From a virus (taxonomy: Duplodnaviria; Caudoviricetes), in the IMG/VR virus record IMGVR_UViG_3300014201_000011, positions 1-45,004 of that record: 45,004 bases of DNA; one strand, given 5' to 3'. The notes under the pieces are model-generated. The model made no database searches, had not been told where the DNA came from, and was given only the letters and a program-made list of their open reading frames with translations. Made by a program: the position numbers and the translations under genes. Positions 8,849 through 19,542 of the stretch are shown piece after piece (position 1 is the first letter of the stretch; each line of letters starts with the position of its first letter).

Positions 8849-9165
8849 CGCTCGGCCTCGACGCGGTCCTCCGTTCGACCGGTGCGCCGACGCCGTCGCA
8901 CGTCGCGGTCCGCGCGTACAGCCCGGACGGGACCTCGTTCCTCGTCCGGACGTGGCGCGCGCGGCCGGTCCGGATCGTCGTCGACGAGGAGCCCGACGGC
9001 TGGCGCCTCGGCGTCGAGCTGGAGGACGCCGCCGGCGTCCGCTCGTTCCACTACGAGCCCGACCGGTTCGCCGGGTACGCGACCGCGCTCCTCGAATCGC
9101 TCCGACGGTGGCGGTTCGCGACGGCGTCGCGAACCGTTGTCGTCGGAGAGATCCCGCCTACATAA
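8845..9165 (+). CDS. hypothetical protein
   Basis: ATGA overlap with previous gene. Confidence 0.6.
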   Translation: MTLGLDAVLRSTGAPTPSHVAVRAYSPDGTSFLVRTWRARPVRIVVDEEPDGWRLGVELEDAAGVRSFHYEPDRFAGYATALLESLRRWRFATASRTVVVGEIPPT

Positions 9166-9212
9166 AATTATTTACGAAACCTATTGCAATTGTCAGAGGG
9201 GCGTGGGAGGGT
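9162..9212 (+). promoter_or_regulatory. early rightward promoter: AT-rich UP-like tract, TTGCAA-17 nt (containing TGTCAG)-GAGGGT
   Basis: AT island matching 1522-1548; precedes the helicase RBS. Confidence 0.55.
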
Positions 9213-9234
9213 GGATCTACACGGAGGTCAGCGG

Positions 9235-10868
<1,634 letters not shown>

Positions 10869-10872
<4 letters not shown>

Positions 10873-11303
10873 CCGCCCAGCGCGGCCACGTGTACTACCA
10901 GGCGCGCTGGGCCGCGATGCTCCCCGCCCTTCGCGCGAACCTCGAGACGGCCGGGCGCGCCTACGCCGTCGCCGCGGCGGTCCCCGCGTCGCTCCTCCGC
11001 GCGGTCCTCCGCTGCACGCACACGCCCTCCCAGCTCTACGCTGCCATCGACCCGCGGCTCGCGCCGCGTACCGAAATCCCGCCCTGGGTGCACGTCGACG
11101 CGAACGGATGGCCGACCCGGAGCCTCGTCGACGGATGGCGTCCGCTCGGCGGCGTCTACCAGGCGGTCCGGACGCCCGACGTCGACCATCTCGAGGTCGC
11201 GATCGACGCCGCGTGCGAGCAGGGTCTCGACCCGACCGCCGCGCGCGTCGTCCTCGACGCGATGTGGTCGGCGCACCGCCTCCACCGATGGGAGCCGCGA
11301 TGA
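10869..11303 (+). CDS. hypothetical protein
   Basis: GTGA overlap with the helicase stop. Confidence 0.55.
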
Positions 11304-11545
11304 GCGCGTGCGAGGACTGCGGGCTCCGGCTCTACTTCGCGGCGCGGCTGTACGGGCACCGATGGTGTCTCCACTGCGCGTGCCGGCGCGGCGTCTCGCA
11401 GCTCGGCTGCTGGAGCGACCGCCACCTCGCCGCCGATGCGCGCCGCCTGGCCGTCTGGTGGCGGTGGACCGTCGGCCTCGGGTTCGCGCTCGCGCTCGTC
11501 GACGCGCACCGCCGCGCGGTTCTCGAAGGCAGAAGTCTCGGATGA
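11300..11545 (+). CDS. small Cys-rich protein
   Basis: ATGA overlap; CEDC...CLHC. Confidence 0.5.
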   Translation: MSACEDCGLRLYFAARLYGHRWCLHCACRRGVSQLGCWSDRHLAADARRLAVWWRWTVGLGFALALVDAHRRAVLEGRSLG

Positions 11546-11558
11546 CGAGGAGGTTCGG

Positions 11559-12479
11559 ATGAGGCCCAACCCCGTCGACCTCGCCGCGCTCGCCGACGCC
11601 CTCCCCCGCCTGACGGGCGAGGCGACGAAGGTCGCGGTCCTCGTCCACGTCCTCGCGGCCGGCGTTCCGGACGGCACCCCGCTCCGCGCGGACGCTGCCT
11701 GGCGCCGGTACGCCGCGAAGGAGGTCGGGTCCACTCCGGAGATTGTCGCCCTCGCCCTCCGGGATCTCTCCGCGGCCGGCGTCCTGTCGATTTCGCGTGC
11801 ACGCCTCTTGACAGCCGCTCCGGAAACCGTGCTAAGTCCGGACGGGGTCGGCGGAGAGAGGAGGACGAGCGAAGCGAGGACGACGAACGGAGCCGGGGGT
11901 TCTGTACAGTCTGTCGGATCCGTAGGTCTGTACTCCGGAGGAGATCTTCCACGTTCTCTGTCTTCCGGACTAGAGCGCCCTCCCTGGGAGGAGAGTCCGG
12001 AAGGGGCGGATCACGCGCGAGCCGAAGGCGACGCGCTCGGGCGCGACGAAGTCGCGACCGACTCTGAGATCTCCGGTCGACAGGTCGACAGGTCGACGCG
12101 CGCGCGCGAGGACGACGGGCCGGCCGAGGGCGCGCCGTGGAACGCGATGGTGGCCGAGCTCGACCGGCTCTACCGCGGCGCGAACGCGGGCGCGCGGATG
12201 ACCTGGGAGCCGCGCCACTTCGCGCGGCTCAAGCGGGTCGTCGCGCGGCACAGCACGGACGAGGTCGTCCGCCGCGCGCGCATCATGTGGTCGGCGCCGC
12301 CGCCCTGGCCGCCGCCGCCATACGACGTCGAGTGTCTCGTCCGGCACTTCGACCGGTTCGCGACGCCGTACCGCGGGAAGGGCATCGTGGACCGGCCCGC
12401 GGCGGACCCGCGGGCGTACTACGGCGCGCCGAGCGTGGACGGGTACGAGGACTGGAACGACCGGGAGGACCTCCCGTGA
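11559..12479 (+). CDS. putative replication initiator (lambda O-like layout)
   Basis: GAGGAGG RBS; N-terminal HTH-like region, compositionally atypical linker, helical C-terminus; directly precedes the DnaC-like gene. Confidence 0.55.
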   Translation: MRPNPVDLAALADALPRLTGEATKVAVLVHVLAAGVPDGTPLRADAAWRRYAAKEVGSTPEIVALALRDLSAAGVLSISRARLLTAAPETVLSPDGVGGERRTSEARTTNGAGGSVQSVGSVGLYSGGDLPRSLSSGLERPPWEESPEGADHARAEGDALGRDEVATDSEISGRQVDRSTRAREDDGPAEGAPWNAMVAELDRLYRGANAGARMTWEPRHFARLKRVVARHSTDEVVRRARIMWSAPPPWPPPPYDVECLVRHFDRFATPYRGKGIVDRPAADPRAYYGAPSVDGYEDWNDREDLP

Positions 12480-13336
12480 GGCGCGCCGGCGACCGCCACG
12501 ATCGCGTGGCGCGGCCTGTGGCGCACGTTCCGGAGCGGTCCGGGGGTCCGGAGCGGCCCGCGTTCGCGCACGCGATGTACGCGCTCCCACGCGTCCTCGA
12601 CGCGCTCGAACGTGACCCGGCGGCGGCGGCCGCGTGGGACGCCCGGGTCGCGCGCATCGAGTCCGGCACCGCGACGGACGAGGACCGCCGCGTCCAGTCG
12701 TCCGCGGCGGAGGCGGCGAACGCGGGCCGGCCGTTCCCGCCGGAGGCGCGCCGGCTCCCGGCCGAGCCGCCGGTGCGGAGCCGCGCGGTCTGGGATGCGG
12801 ACCGGGACCGGGCGATCTCGCTCGGAATCCCGCCGCTCCTCGCCGACGACATCGTCGGTCCGAACGTCGGGCGGACGCCGGCGATCGACGCGCTCGCGCT
12901 CCTCGACGGCCGGACGACCATCCTGGTGCTCTCCGGCGAGCGCGGCGCCGGGAAGTCGTTCGCGGCGGCCTGCTGGCTGTGGCGGTGGCGGTGCGCGCCG
13001 CCCGCGTGGCGGTCGCGGCTGCGCGACCGGACGCCGCCCGCGTTCGTCCCGTACGACCGGCACGACGACATGTCGGGCGTGGGGCGGGACGCGATCGCGC
13101 GTGCGAGCGCGCTCGTGCTGGACGACGTGGCGGCGGAGCGGTACCGCGACGCGATGGCGACGACGCTCGTGCGACGGCACCGTGACGCGGCGCCGACGGT
13201 CGTGACGACAAACCTGCGCGAGGACGACTTCGCGGAGGCGTACGGCGCGCGGGTCGCGGACCGGCTCCGCGAGGTCGGACGGTTCGTGACGTGCGGCGCG
13301 CGGAGCCTCCGTCGGCCGCGCGGGGGATCTCGCTGA
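12476..13336 (+). CDS. DnaC/IstB-like AAA+ helicase loader
   Basis: GERGAGKS, LVLDDV, TVVTTNL, YGARVADRL. Confidence 0.8.
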   Translation: MRRAGDRHDRVARPVAHVPERSGGPERPAFAHAMYALPRVLDALERDPAAAAAWDARVARIESGTATDEDRRVQSSAAEAANAGRPFPPEARRLPAEPPVRSRAVWDADRDRAISLGIPPLLADDIVGPNVGRTPAIDALALLDGRTTILVLSGERGAGKSFAAACWLWRWRCAPPAWRSRLRDRTPPAFVPYDRHDDMSGVGRDAIARASALVLDDVAAERYRDAMATTLVRRHRDAAPTVVTTNLREDDFAEAYGARVADRLREVGRFVTCGARSLRRPRGGSR

Positions 13337-13339
13337 AAA

Positions 13340-13367
13340 TGTCAGACCCCCCTGGCAGGTTGCCCGT
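13340..13367 (+). promoter_or_regulatory. promoter TGTCAG-N10-CAGGTT-N6-ATG (leaderless)
   Basis: Fills the intergenic gap; third copy of the motif. Confidence 0.5.
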
Positions 13368-13637
13368 ATGCGGCGGTCTCGTCGAGAGGTCGAGGACCGG
13401 GTCCGGGACCCGGAGGGGAGCGCACGCCTGCTCGGCCTCATGGCCGTCTTCGCGCTCCCTCCGCTCCGGACGTCGGCGGGCGGATGGCGCCCGGTCCGCA
13501 TCGAGGTCTGCACGCCGAACGGATGGAGGCTCGCCGATATGTTCGCGCTGACCGACACGGCCGTCGTGGTCGTCTGCGGGCGGACGGAGTACGTCTTCCC
13601 CGTCCGGCATCCGCCGCGCTGGAGGTACGTCGCATGA
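13368..13637 (+). CDS. hypothetical protein
   Basis: ORF directly after the promoter motif. Confidence 0.55.
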   Translation: MRRSRREVEDRVRDPEGSARLLGLMAVFALPPLRTSAGGWRPVRIEVCTPNGWRLADMFALTDTAVVVVCGRTEYVFPVRHPPRWRYVA

Positions 13638-13762
13638 TGCTCGCCCTCGTCGCCGACGTCGTGTGGCTGCTGCTGTTCTCGCTCTTCATGGCGGCATTCC
13701 GGCTGGTGGCCGAGCGTCCGGCTGACCTCGAGCTGCCGCGCGCGTGGACGGTGCGGCGGTGA
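13634..13762 (+). CDS. small membrane peptide (42 aa)
   Basis: GGAGG RBS, one hydrophobic helix, coupled overlaps on both sides. Confidence 0.5.
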   Translation: MMLALVADVVWLLLFSLFMAAFRLVAERPADLELPRAWTVRR

Positions 13763-14340
13763 CCGCGGCGCGCGGGCTCGTCTTCGACCCGGGGCTCGCC
13801 CGGTGCGGCGCGGTCGTGGTCGACACGGACGGGATGACGCACCGGTGCATCCAGGCCGCGGTCTTCCGTTCGGAGTCGCGCGCGGCGAAGCTCGGCGTCG
13901 AGGTCGCGGACGACCGGGTTCGCCGCGTGCGCGAGTTCTGCGTCTGGCTGTCGGTGCTCTTCGACTCGGGACCGACGTTCGTCGCGGCGGAGGCGATGTC
14001 GTTCCCGCGCGGCGCGCATGCGATCAGCGCGATCTGCCTGGCGTGGGGCGCGCTCGTCTCGGAGGTCGAGCGTCGGCAGGTTCCATTCGTCGCGACCGCG
14101 CCGATCGCCTGGCGCCGCCACCTCACCGCGACCGGCGGCGAGCAGGACTCGTGGCGCGTCGCGCTCGCGCGCGTCCCGTCGTTCGTCGACCGCGCGCGCG
14201 GCATCGTGCGCGCCGACCAGGAGCACGTGCTCGACGCGCTCGGCGTGTTCTGCTGGAGCCTCTCGACGAACGTCGTCCGGGCGCTCCTCCAGGCCGCGCG
14301 GCCGTCGACGCCGGCGCGGTTCGCGCGGAGGACCGCGTGA
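13759..14340 (+). CDS. ruvC: RuvC-like Holliday junction resolvase
   Basis: FDPGLARCG, VAAE, EHVLDALG acidic catalytic motifs. Confidence 0.75.
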   Translation: MTAARGLVFDPGLARCGAVVVDTDGMTHRCIQAAVFRSESRAAKLGVEVADDRVRRVREFCVWLSVLFDSGPTFVAAEAMSFPRGAHAISAICLAWGALVSEVERRQVPFVATAPIAWRRHLTATGGEQDSWRVALARVPSFVDRARGIVRADQEHVLDALGVFCWSLSTNVVRALLQAARPSTPARFARRTA

Positions 14341-14702
14341 GGATCGGCGAGGTCCTCCCGGGCTCGATCGTCGTCCTCGCCGAGCGGCCGGGGCGGCTGA
14401 CGTTCCTCCTCGTCGGCTCGCAGCTCGGCCCGAAGGGGACGAAGCGGAAGCCGTCGCCTCCGTACGCGACGCTCGTCCACGCGGTCGACGACGAGACCAC
14501 GCTCCCCCGCCTGGAGGTCGAACACGTCCGGCTCGTCCCGCCGCTCACCGAGGTCGAGCTCGTCGCGCCCGGCGACCTCCTGCGCGCGATGCGCCGGCGG
14601 CCGTTCCACCTCGGCCGGCCGAACGGCGAGCCCGACACGTGGACCGACCCGCTCGTGAAGGGACGGCTCGAGGCCGGCGAGGACGAGGGGCTGGCGTTCT
14701 GA
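14337..14702 (+). CDS. hypothetical protein
   Basis: GTGA overlap, codon bias. Confidence 0.6.
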   Translation: MRIGEVLPGSIVVLAERPGRLTFLLVGSQLGPKGTKRKPSPPYATLVHAVDDETTLPRLEVEHVRLVPPLTEVELVAPGDLLRAMRRRPFHLGRPNGEPDTWTDPLVKGRLEAGEDEGLAF

Positions 14703-15157
14703 TGGCGGCCCGGCTGGAAGACCTCCTCGCGGCGATCCGCGCGCTGGAGACGACGAGCGACGCGATCGTCATCCTCGGCGACGACGTGACCATGAAGGTC
14801 CTGTCCGCGTGGACGCGCGTCGACAACGAGTGGACCCCGCCCGAGACGGACCCGCCGCCCGTCGTCGCGGGCCGGATGGCGCGCGTGTGGGCGTGGATCC
14901 GCGCGGGCTGGACGTTCGACGTCGACGAGGTCGCCCGGCTCGCCGGCGTCTCGCGGACCGTCGCGTGGCGGAAGCTCGACACGCTCCAGGGCGCGCGGCT
15001 CATCTACCCGGACGGCTCGGTCGCGAAGGGCGCCCAGGTCGCGCTCGCGACGTACGTCGCAAAGAAGGTCGGGGCGAAGCTCGACCCGAACCGGTCCGCC
15101 GCGAGGTCCCGCGCGGAGAGGGCCGACCGGGACGACAAGAAGGACGACACCAACTAG
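14702..15157 (+). CDS. HTH-containing protein
   Basis: VDEVARLAGVSRTVAWRKL. Confidence 0.6.
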   Translation: MAARLEDLLAAIRALETTSDAIVILGDDVTMKVLSAWTRVDNEWTPPETDPPPVVAGRMARVWAWIRAGWTFDVDEVARLAGVSRTVAWRKLDTLQGARLIYPDGSVAKGAQVALATYVAKKVGAKLDPNRSAARSRAERADRDDKKDDTN

Positions 15158-15181
15158 GGACGCAGAAAGCCGAGGACAGCG

Positions 15182-17293
15182 GTGACGAAGAAAAAGAAGG
15201 CGGCGTCGAAGGGCGCCAAGAAGGCTCCGAGGTTCGACCTCGAAGCGGAGGCGCGCGCCGCGCGCGGACGCCCGAAGGACGCGCCGCGCGACATCGCGGC
15301 CGAGGCCGCCGCGCACGTCCGCGAGCCCTGGCAGAAGACCATGGCGACCAAGACGTACTCGGGCGCGGACGCGCGCGCCCGCATCGAGGCCGCGCAGGAC
15401 CTGATCGGGACGTTCGCCGACGACGCGGGCGACGGGACGTCCGGCATCGCCGGCGTGATGGTCGACGAGTACCGGCTCGCGGTGACGTGCTCGTGCTCGA
15501 CGTGCTCGGCCGACGTCGGCGAGCTCTGCGTCGAGGTCACGAAGGGGAGCCGGACGCCGAAGGTCAAGCACTTCGCGTGCAAGGAGCGCGTCGCCGCCGC
15601 CGAGGCGGCCGCCGCGCTCATCGCGCGGACGCTCGCGCGGCAGAGCGGCGCGGTCGAGCACACGGGCCGCGACCGTCCGCGCATCGTCGCGCAGCACATC
15701 GGCGACCGCGGCGACGCCGGCCGCGAGGCGGGGACGCTGGTCGACCCGTCGGCGATGGCGGGCGCGCCGGTCGTCGACGACGCGGTCGCCGCGGAGGCGA
15801 TCCGGACGCCGGCGCCGAAGGACCGCGGCGGCCAGGCCGAGCGGGACCTCGGACGCGGCGCGCCGGTCGCCGACCCGCGCGGGCGGCTGCCGAACGGGTG
15901 CGCGGTATGGATCTCGTGGCCGGGCTCGAAGGAGACGTGCGGCGCCGCCGGCCCGGCGAAGCGCGCCCAGCTCGTCCGCTACACGGCGAAGGGCGACCCG
16001 GTCGTCCGCGTCTTCGCGGTCGACGCGCGCGGCGCGTATACGGGCGAGCTCGGCCGGGCGGAGCGTATTCTCACGCCGGCCGAGCTGCTCGGCCCGATCA
16101 ACCGCCTCGGCCCGGACGACACGACCGGCGACGCGTACCGGAAGGACGTCGCCGACGCGGTCGCGGCCATCGCGCCGGCGACGCCGGGCGACCCGGAGCC
16201 GACGAGGCCAAGGAAGACGAAGAAGGAGCCGTCCGCGATCGCGAACCTGTTCCTCCGCAACGCGATGCAGGGCCTCGCGGCCGGCGCGGCGACCTACGTC
16301 CGCTGCGTCGTCGACGGATGCCCGGCGAAGTTCTCCGGCAGCATGCCGCCGGACTGGAAGAACCTCAACCGTCGTCCGCACTGCCCGGTCCATGCCCGCG
16401 AGGTCCTCGCGCGCCGCTGGCCGGCGCCGGCGCAGGTCGTCGTCCGGACGTGCGCGTCTCCGACAGGCTGCTCCGAGTCGTTCGAGATGGACCCGACGAA
16501 CCCGTCAGTGCCGCCGGCGTGGACGGTCGACAACGACTGGACGTGGCGGTGTCCGGGCCACTCGGTCGTCCCGGTCGTTGCGAAGGAGGTCGTCCCCGAC
16601 GTGTCGGCGCGCTTCGTCGATGACCCCGACTCGCTTCCGGCCGCGACCGTCGCCGAGGTCGGCTCCATCGTCCGGCGCGGGCTCGAGCTGCCGGCGGCGC
16701 AGATGTGCGCGCACCACGACGCGCCGGGCGTCCGGTGCGCGAAGACGTTCCACGCCATCAACCCGCCGCGGGGCTGGACGCGGACCGACGACCCGGCGGA
16801 CGTCCTGAAGTCCGCCTACTTCTGCCCGCAGCACAACAAGAGCCTCTGCCGCCACGACATCCACTTCTGCCAGGCGCCGGGATGCGACGCGTACTGCTTT
16901 GGCGCGTACCGGATGGCGGGGTGGACGATCGTGACCGAGGCCGACGGTTCCAGGCGGTACTACTGTCCGCGGACCGGACACGGGCTCGCGCGGGACGCGG
17001 CGGCCGTCGCGTCGACGCCGCCGCGTATCGGCGCGCCGCCGCTGCCGCCGAGGCCCGAGGCGGTCCTAGAGGCGGTCCTCGCGTCGACGCCGCGGCCCGG
17101 CGAGCCGGGCTCGCCGCACCACCGCGACACGGGCGGGACGTGCGGCGCGTGCGACGAGTCGTTCCGCGGCGGGATGCCGTCGCGCTGGGAGTGGTGGAGG
17201 GGACACTTCTGGTGTCCGACACACGTCCCGGCCGAGGTCGTCGCGTCGGACGCCGCGTCCGTCGACCCGGGGGAGCGTCCGCCATGGGAGTAG
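15182..17293 (+). CDS. 703-aa multidomain protein with five C-x-C...W...CPxH Zn ribbons and a capsid-derived peptide
   Basis: Repeated Cys/His units ending CPVH, CPGH, CPQH, CPRTGH, CPTH. Confidence 0.75.
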   Translation: MTKKKKAASKGAKKAPRFDLEAEARAARGRPKDAPRDIAAEAAAHVREPWQKTMATKTYSGADARARIEAAQDLIGTFADDAGDGTSGIAGVMVDEYRLAVTCSCSTCSADVGELCVEVTKGSRTPKVKHFACKERVAAAEAAAALIARTLARQSGAVEHTGRDRPRIVAQHIGDRGDAGREAGTLVDPSAMAGAPVVDDAVAAEAIRTPAPKDRGGQAERDLGRGAPVADPRGRLPNGCAVWISWPGSKETCGAAGPAKRAQLVRYTAKGDPVVRVFAVDARGAYTGELGRAERILTPAELLGPINRLGPDDTTGDAYRKDVADAVAAIAPATPGDPEPTRPRKTKKEPSAIANLFLRNAMQGLAAGAATYVRCVVDGCPAKFSGSMPPDWKNLNRRPHCPVHAREVLARRWPAPAQVVVRTCASPTGCSESFEMDPTNPSVPPAWTVDNDWTWRCPGHSVVPVVAKEVVPDVSARFVDDPDSLPAATVAEVGSIVRRGLELPAAQMCAHHDAPGVRCAKTFHAINPPRGWTRTDDPADVLKSAYFCPQHNKSLCRHDIHFCQAPGCDAYCFGAYRMAGWTIVTEADGSRRYYCPRTGHGLARDAAAVASTPPRIGAPPLPPRPEAVLEAVLASTPRPGEPGSPHHRDTGGTCGACDESFRGGMPSRWEWWRGHFWCPTHVPAEVVASDAASVDPGERPPWE
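16228..16285 (+). repeat. copy of major capsid gene segment 43124-43193
   Basis: 36-bp exact core 16235-16270 = 43140-43175; 58 nt align with no substitutions and two in-frame deletions. Confidence 0.95.
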
Positions 17294-17538
17294 ACCGTCA
17301 CCGTCTCGAAGAGGTCGCGACCTCGCTCGGCAAGACGCTCGGCCGCGCCATCGACGCCGCGACCGGGACCGAGGACGAGTGCGGGTTCGCGCTGTTCGTC
17401 TTCACGTACGGCCCCGGCGGGGTCGCGTACATATCGAGCGCGAACCGCGAGGACATCGTCGGACTTGTCCGCGAGTGGTGCGACCGCCAGGAGGCGGGCC
17501 TCGGCTCGGACCCGCTCGGCCCGCGGGGGTCGTCGTGA
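17284..17538 (+). CDS. small phage protein
   Basis: GFALFVF...AYISSANRED pattern. Confidence 0.65.
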   Translation: MGVDRHRLEEVATSLGKTLGRAIDAATGTEDECGFALFVFTYGPGGVAYISSANREDIVGLVREWCDRQEAGLGSDPLGPRGSS

Positions 17539-17936
17539 GGCCCGGCGCCGAGCTGTTCGCCATCGCGCTTCGCGTCCACGCCGCGTACCAGGGCGGGTCG
17601 AGCGCGCCCATCTGGAACGACGTCCGCACACTGGCGAAGGAGGTGATCGAGATGGCCAACCCGGACGACGACGACGTGAAGGCGCTCGCGGCGTTCGCCG
17701 AGCTCGTCGAGGCGCGGCGGCTCTTCAACGCGTCGAGCAAGGCGTACGTCGAGATCGAGCACGCGCTCGACCGCGCACGCGACGACCTCGTGGGCGCGGA
17801 CGCGCGCGTCGAGGCCGCGGAAGCCCAGCTAAGGTCCCTGATCGAGGGCCGGTCGCCGAGCCAGGTCGGCGACGACGTCGAGCGCGCCATCGAGAGCGCG
17901 CTCGAGAACTCGAGGACCATGAGGTCGCGCCGATGA
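17535..17936 (+). CDS. hypothetical coiled-coil protein
   Basis: GTGA overlap, codon bias. Confidence 0.6.
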   Translation: MRPGAELFAIALRVHAAYQGGSSAPIWNDVRTLAKEVIEMANPDDDDVKALAAFAELVEARRLFNASSKAYVEIEHALDRARDDLVGADARVEAAEAQLRSLIEGRSPSQVGDDVERAIESALENSRTMRSRR

Positions 17937-18199
17937 TGACGGACGGCGAGAAGATGCTCTACGCCGCGGTCTTCGCGCAGTGCTACGACATCTCGAACCC
18001 GCCCGTCATCCACGACGGCGACGCGTGGCGCGAGTGGGAGTCTGCGCGGGTCCACGTCGCCGCCGAGTGCGCCGCCGGCGCGGTCGAGCGCCTCCGCGAG
18101 GACCTCGCGGGGCTCGGCGAGGGGTTCGGCAAGGACAGCAACGTCTACCGGTTCGCGAAGGCGATGACGAGCGGCCGGGCCCGTCCGGTGCGGCGATGA
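17933..18199 (+). CDS. hypothetical protein
   Basis: ATGA overlap, codon bias. Confidence 0.6.
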   Translation: MMTDGEKMLYAAVFAQCYDISNPPVIHDGDAWREWESARVHVAAECAAGAVERLREDLAGLGEGFGKDSNVYRFAKAMTSGRARPVRR

Positions 18200-18343
18200 C
18201 CGACCCGGACTGGATCTGCGAGTGGCTCGCCGAGCGCGGCGATGGGCCGTGGATCAAGGAGCAGCCGTGACCAGCAGCTACATCACCCGCGTGCTGTTGA
18301 GCGGTCGCGGCGAGGTTAGTATTAACCGAGAGGACGACCGCGC

Positions 18344-18607
18344 ATGACGGACCATCGGCAATTCGTCCGGTGTACCAACTGCGGACGCATCGCTGCGGTC
18401 GCGCCCGACCGCGAGGAACCTGCCGGTGGCGAGGAGTGCTGGTCCTGCGCGTTCAACGCGACCGACCTGGCGACAATGAAGTCCGAAGCGTCGGATGCGC
18501 AGGTCCAGTCTCGGATGGAAGACGACGTGCAGTGCCTCGACTGCGGCGCGGTCGGCCCGCACACCTGCGAGGGCGTGCCGGGCGGATTCGACGAGGAGCC
18601 GGCCTAG
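18344..18607 (+). CDS. small Zn-ribbon protein
   Basis: Three CxxC pairs; GAGAGGA RBS. Confidence 0.6.
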   Translation: MTDHRQFVRCTNCGRIAAVAPDREEPAGGEECWSCAFNATDLATMKSEASDAQVQSRMEDDVQCLDCGAVGPHTCEGVPGGFDEEPA

Positions 18608-18610
18608 GCC

Positions 18611-19009
18611 ATGGCGTCCTCGTTCGGCAAGACGCGCAACATGGTGTGCCCCGGCTGCGGGATGCCGTACGACTACCACGCGCAGCAGCAGCCGCACGGG
18701 TTCACCATCGGCGCGAGCTTCCTGCAGGCGCGACGCGACATCATCGCCATCGGCACCGACCGCAAGACGGGGAAGACCAAGTACGGCCGACGCGGCGGGA
18801 CCCTCGGCTTCATGCACGAGCTCAAGATGATGGCGTGGCGCGCGCACGTCGACGGGTGCGTCGCCGCGTTCGACGCCGCGGTCGAGGCGGGCGCGGACCC
18901 GGAGTCGCTGCGGCAGGGCAACTACGAGGCGCTCGTCGCCGCGAGCCCGAAGCGGCCGCGGAAGCCGCGCAGGCGCAAGGCGGCCGAGCCGGCGCGGAGG
19001 GCCGCGTGA
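18611..19009 (+). CDS. hypothetical protein with CPGC
   Basis: Codon bias, operonic spacing. Confidence 0.65.
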   Translation: MASSFGKTRNMVCPGCGMPYDYHAQQQPHGFTIGASFLQARRDIIAIGTDRKTGKTKYGRRGGTLGFMHELKMMAWRAHVDGCVAAFDAAVEAGADPESLRQGNYEALVAASPKRPRKPRRRKAAEPARRAA

Positions 19010-19542
19010 GCCGCGCCGCGCTTGCCCTCTGCGTCGCGTGCGGCCGCGGATGCGACGTCTACTACTGCGACCGGTGCGCGCTCGCCAACGCGCACACGCG
19101 CGCCGCCGGCGACGGCGCGGGCGACGCGGACCGGGCGCCGACCGCGAGCCGGCTCGGGCGCGCGGCGCAACGCAGGCTCGGCGACGCGACGGCATGGGAG
19201 CAGTACGTCGCGTGCTGCTCGATCCCGGACACCGGCGTCGCGTCCGCGGACGGCCGGTTTCGGAGCGGAGAGGTCGAGATGCGTCGTGTACGGAATCGGA
19301 TGGACGCGGTCGGGCGTGGCTCGGGCTGTCTCGCGGCCGCGGTCGAGCCCGGGCTGGTCATGCACTGGACGTCGGGCGGAGGAAGTGTCCTTCGTCCCGC
19401 GAAGAGGATGTCGGCACGCGACCGCGAGCGGTTCCGGCGGTTCGTCCTCGACTGCGTCGAGCGCGCGTACCTGCACGACCCGCATCCCGACGAGAACGCC
19501 ACGACCCGTCGGAACCGGCGCGAGCCGAGGCGGTCGGTGTGA
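19006..19542 (+). CDS. Cys-rich hypothetical protein
   Basis: GTGA overlaps on both sides; CVAC...CDRC. Confidence 0.5.
   Translation: MSRAALALCVACGRGCDVYYCDRCALANAHTRAAGDGAGDADRAPTASRLGRAAQRRLGDATAWEQYVACCSIPDTGVASADGRFRSGEVEMRRVRNRMDAVGRGSGCLAAAVEPGLVMHWTSGGGSVLRPAKRMSARDRERFRRFVLDCVERAYLHDPHPDENATTRRNRREPRRSV

Noticed and set aside
8486-9201. 14-bp inverted repeats flanking two genes, read as an invertible or IS-like cassette
   Set aside because: No recombinase or transposase is present. The repeats are explained as two divergent copies of one promoter motif.
16228-16285. DGR template/variable repeat pair with the capsid gene
   Set aside because: There are no adenine-specific substitutions and no reverse transcriptase in the window.
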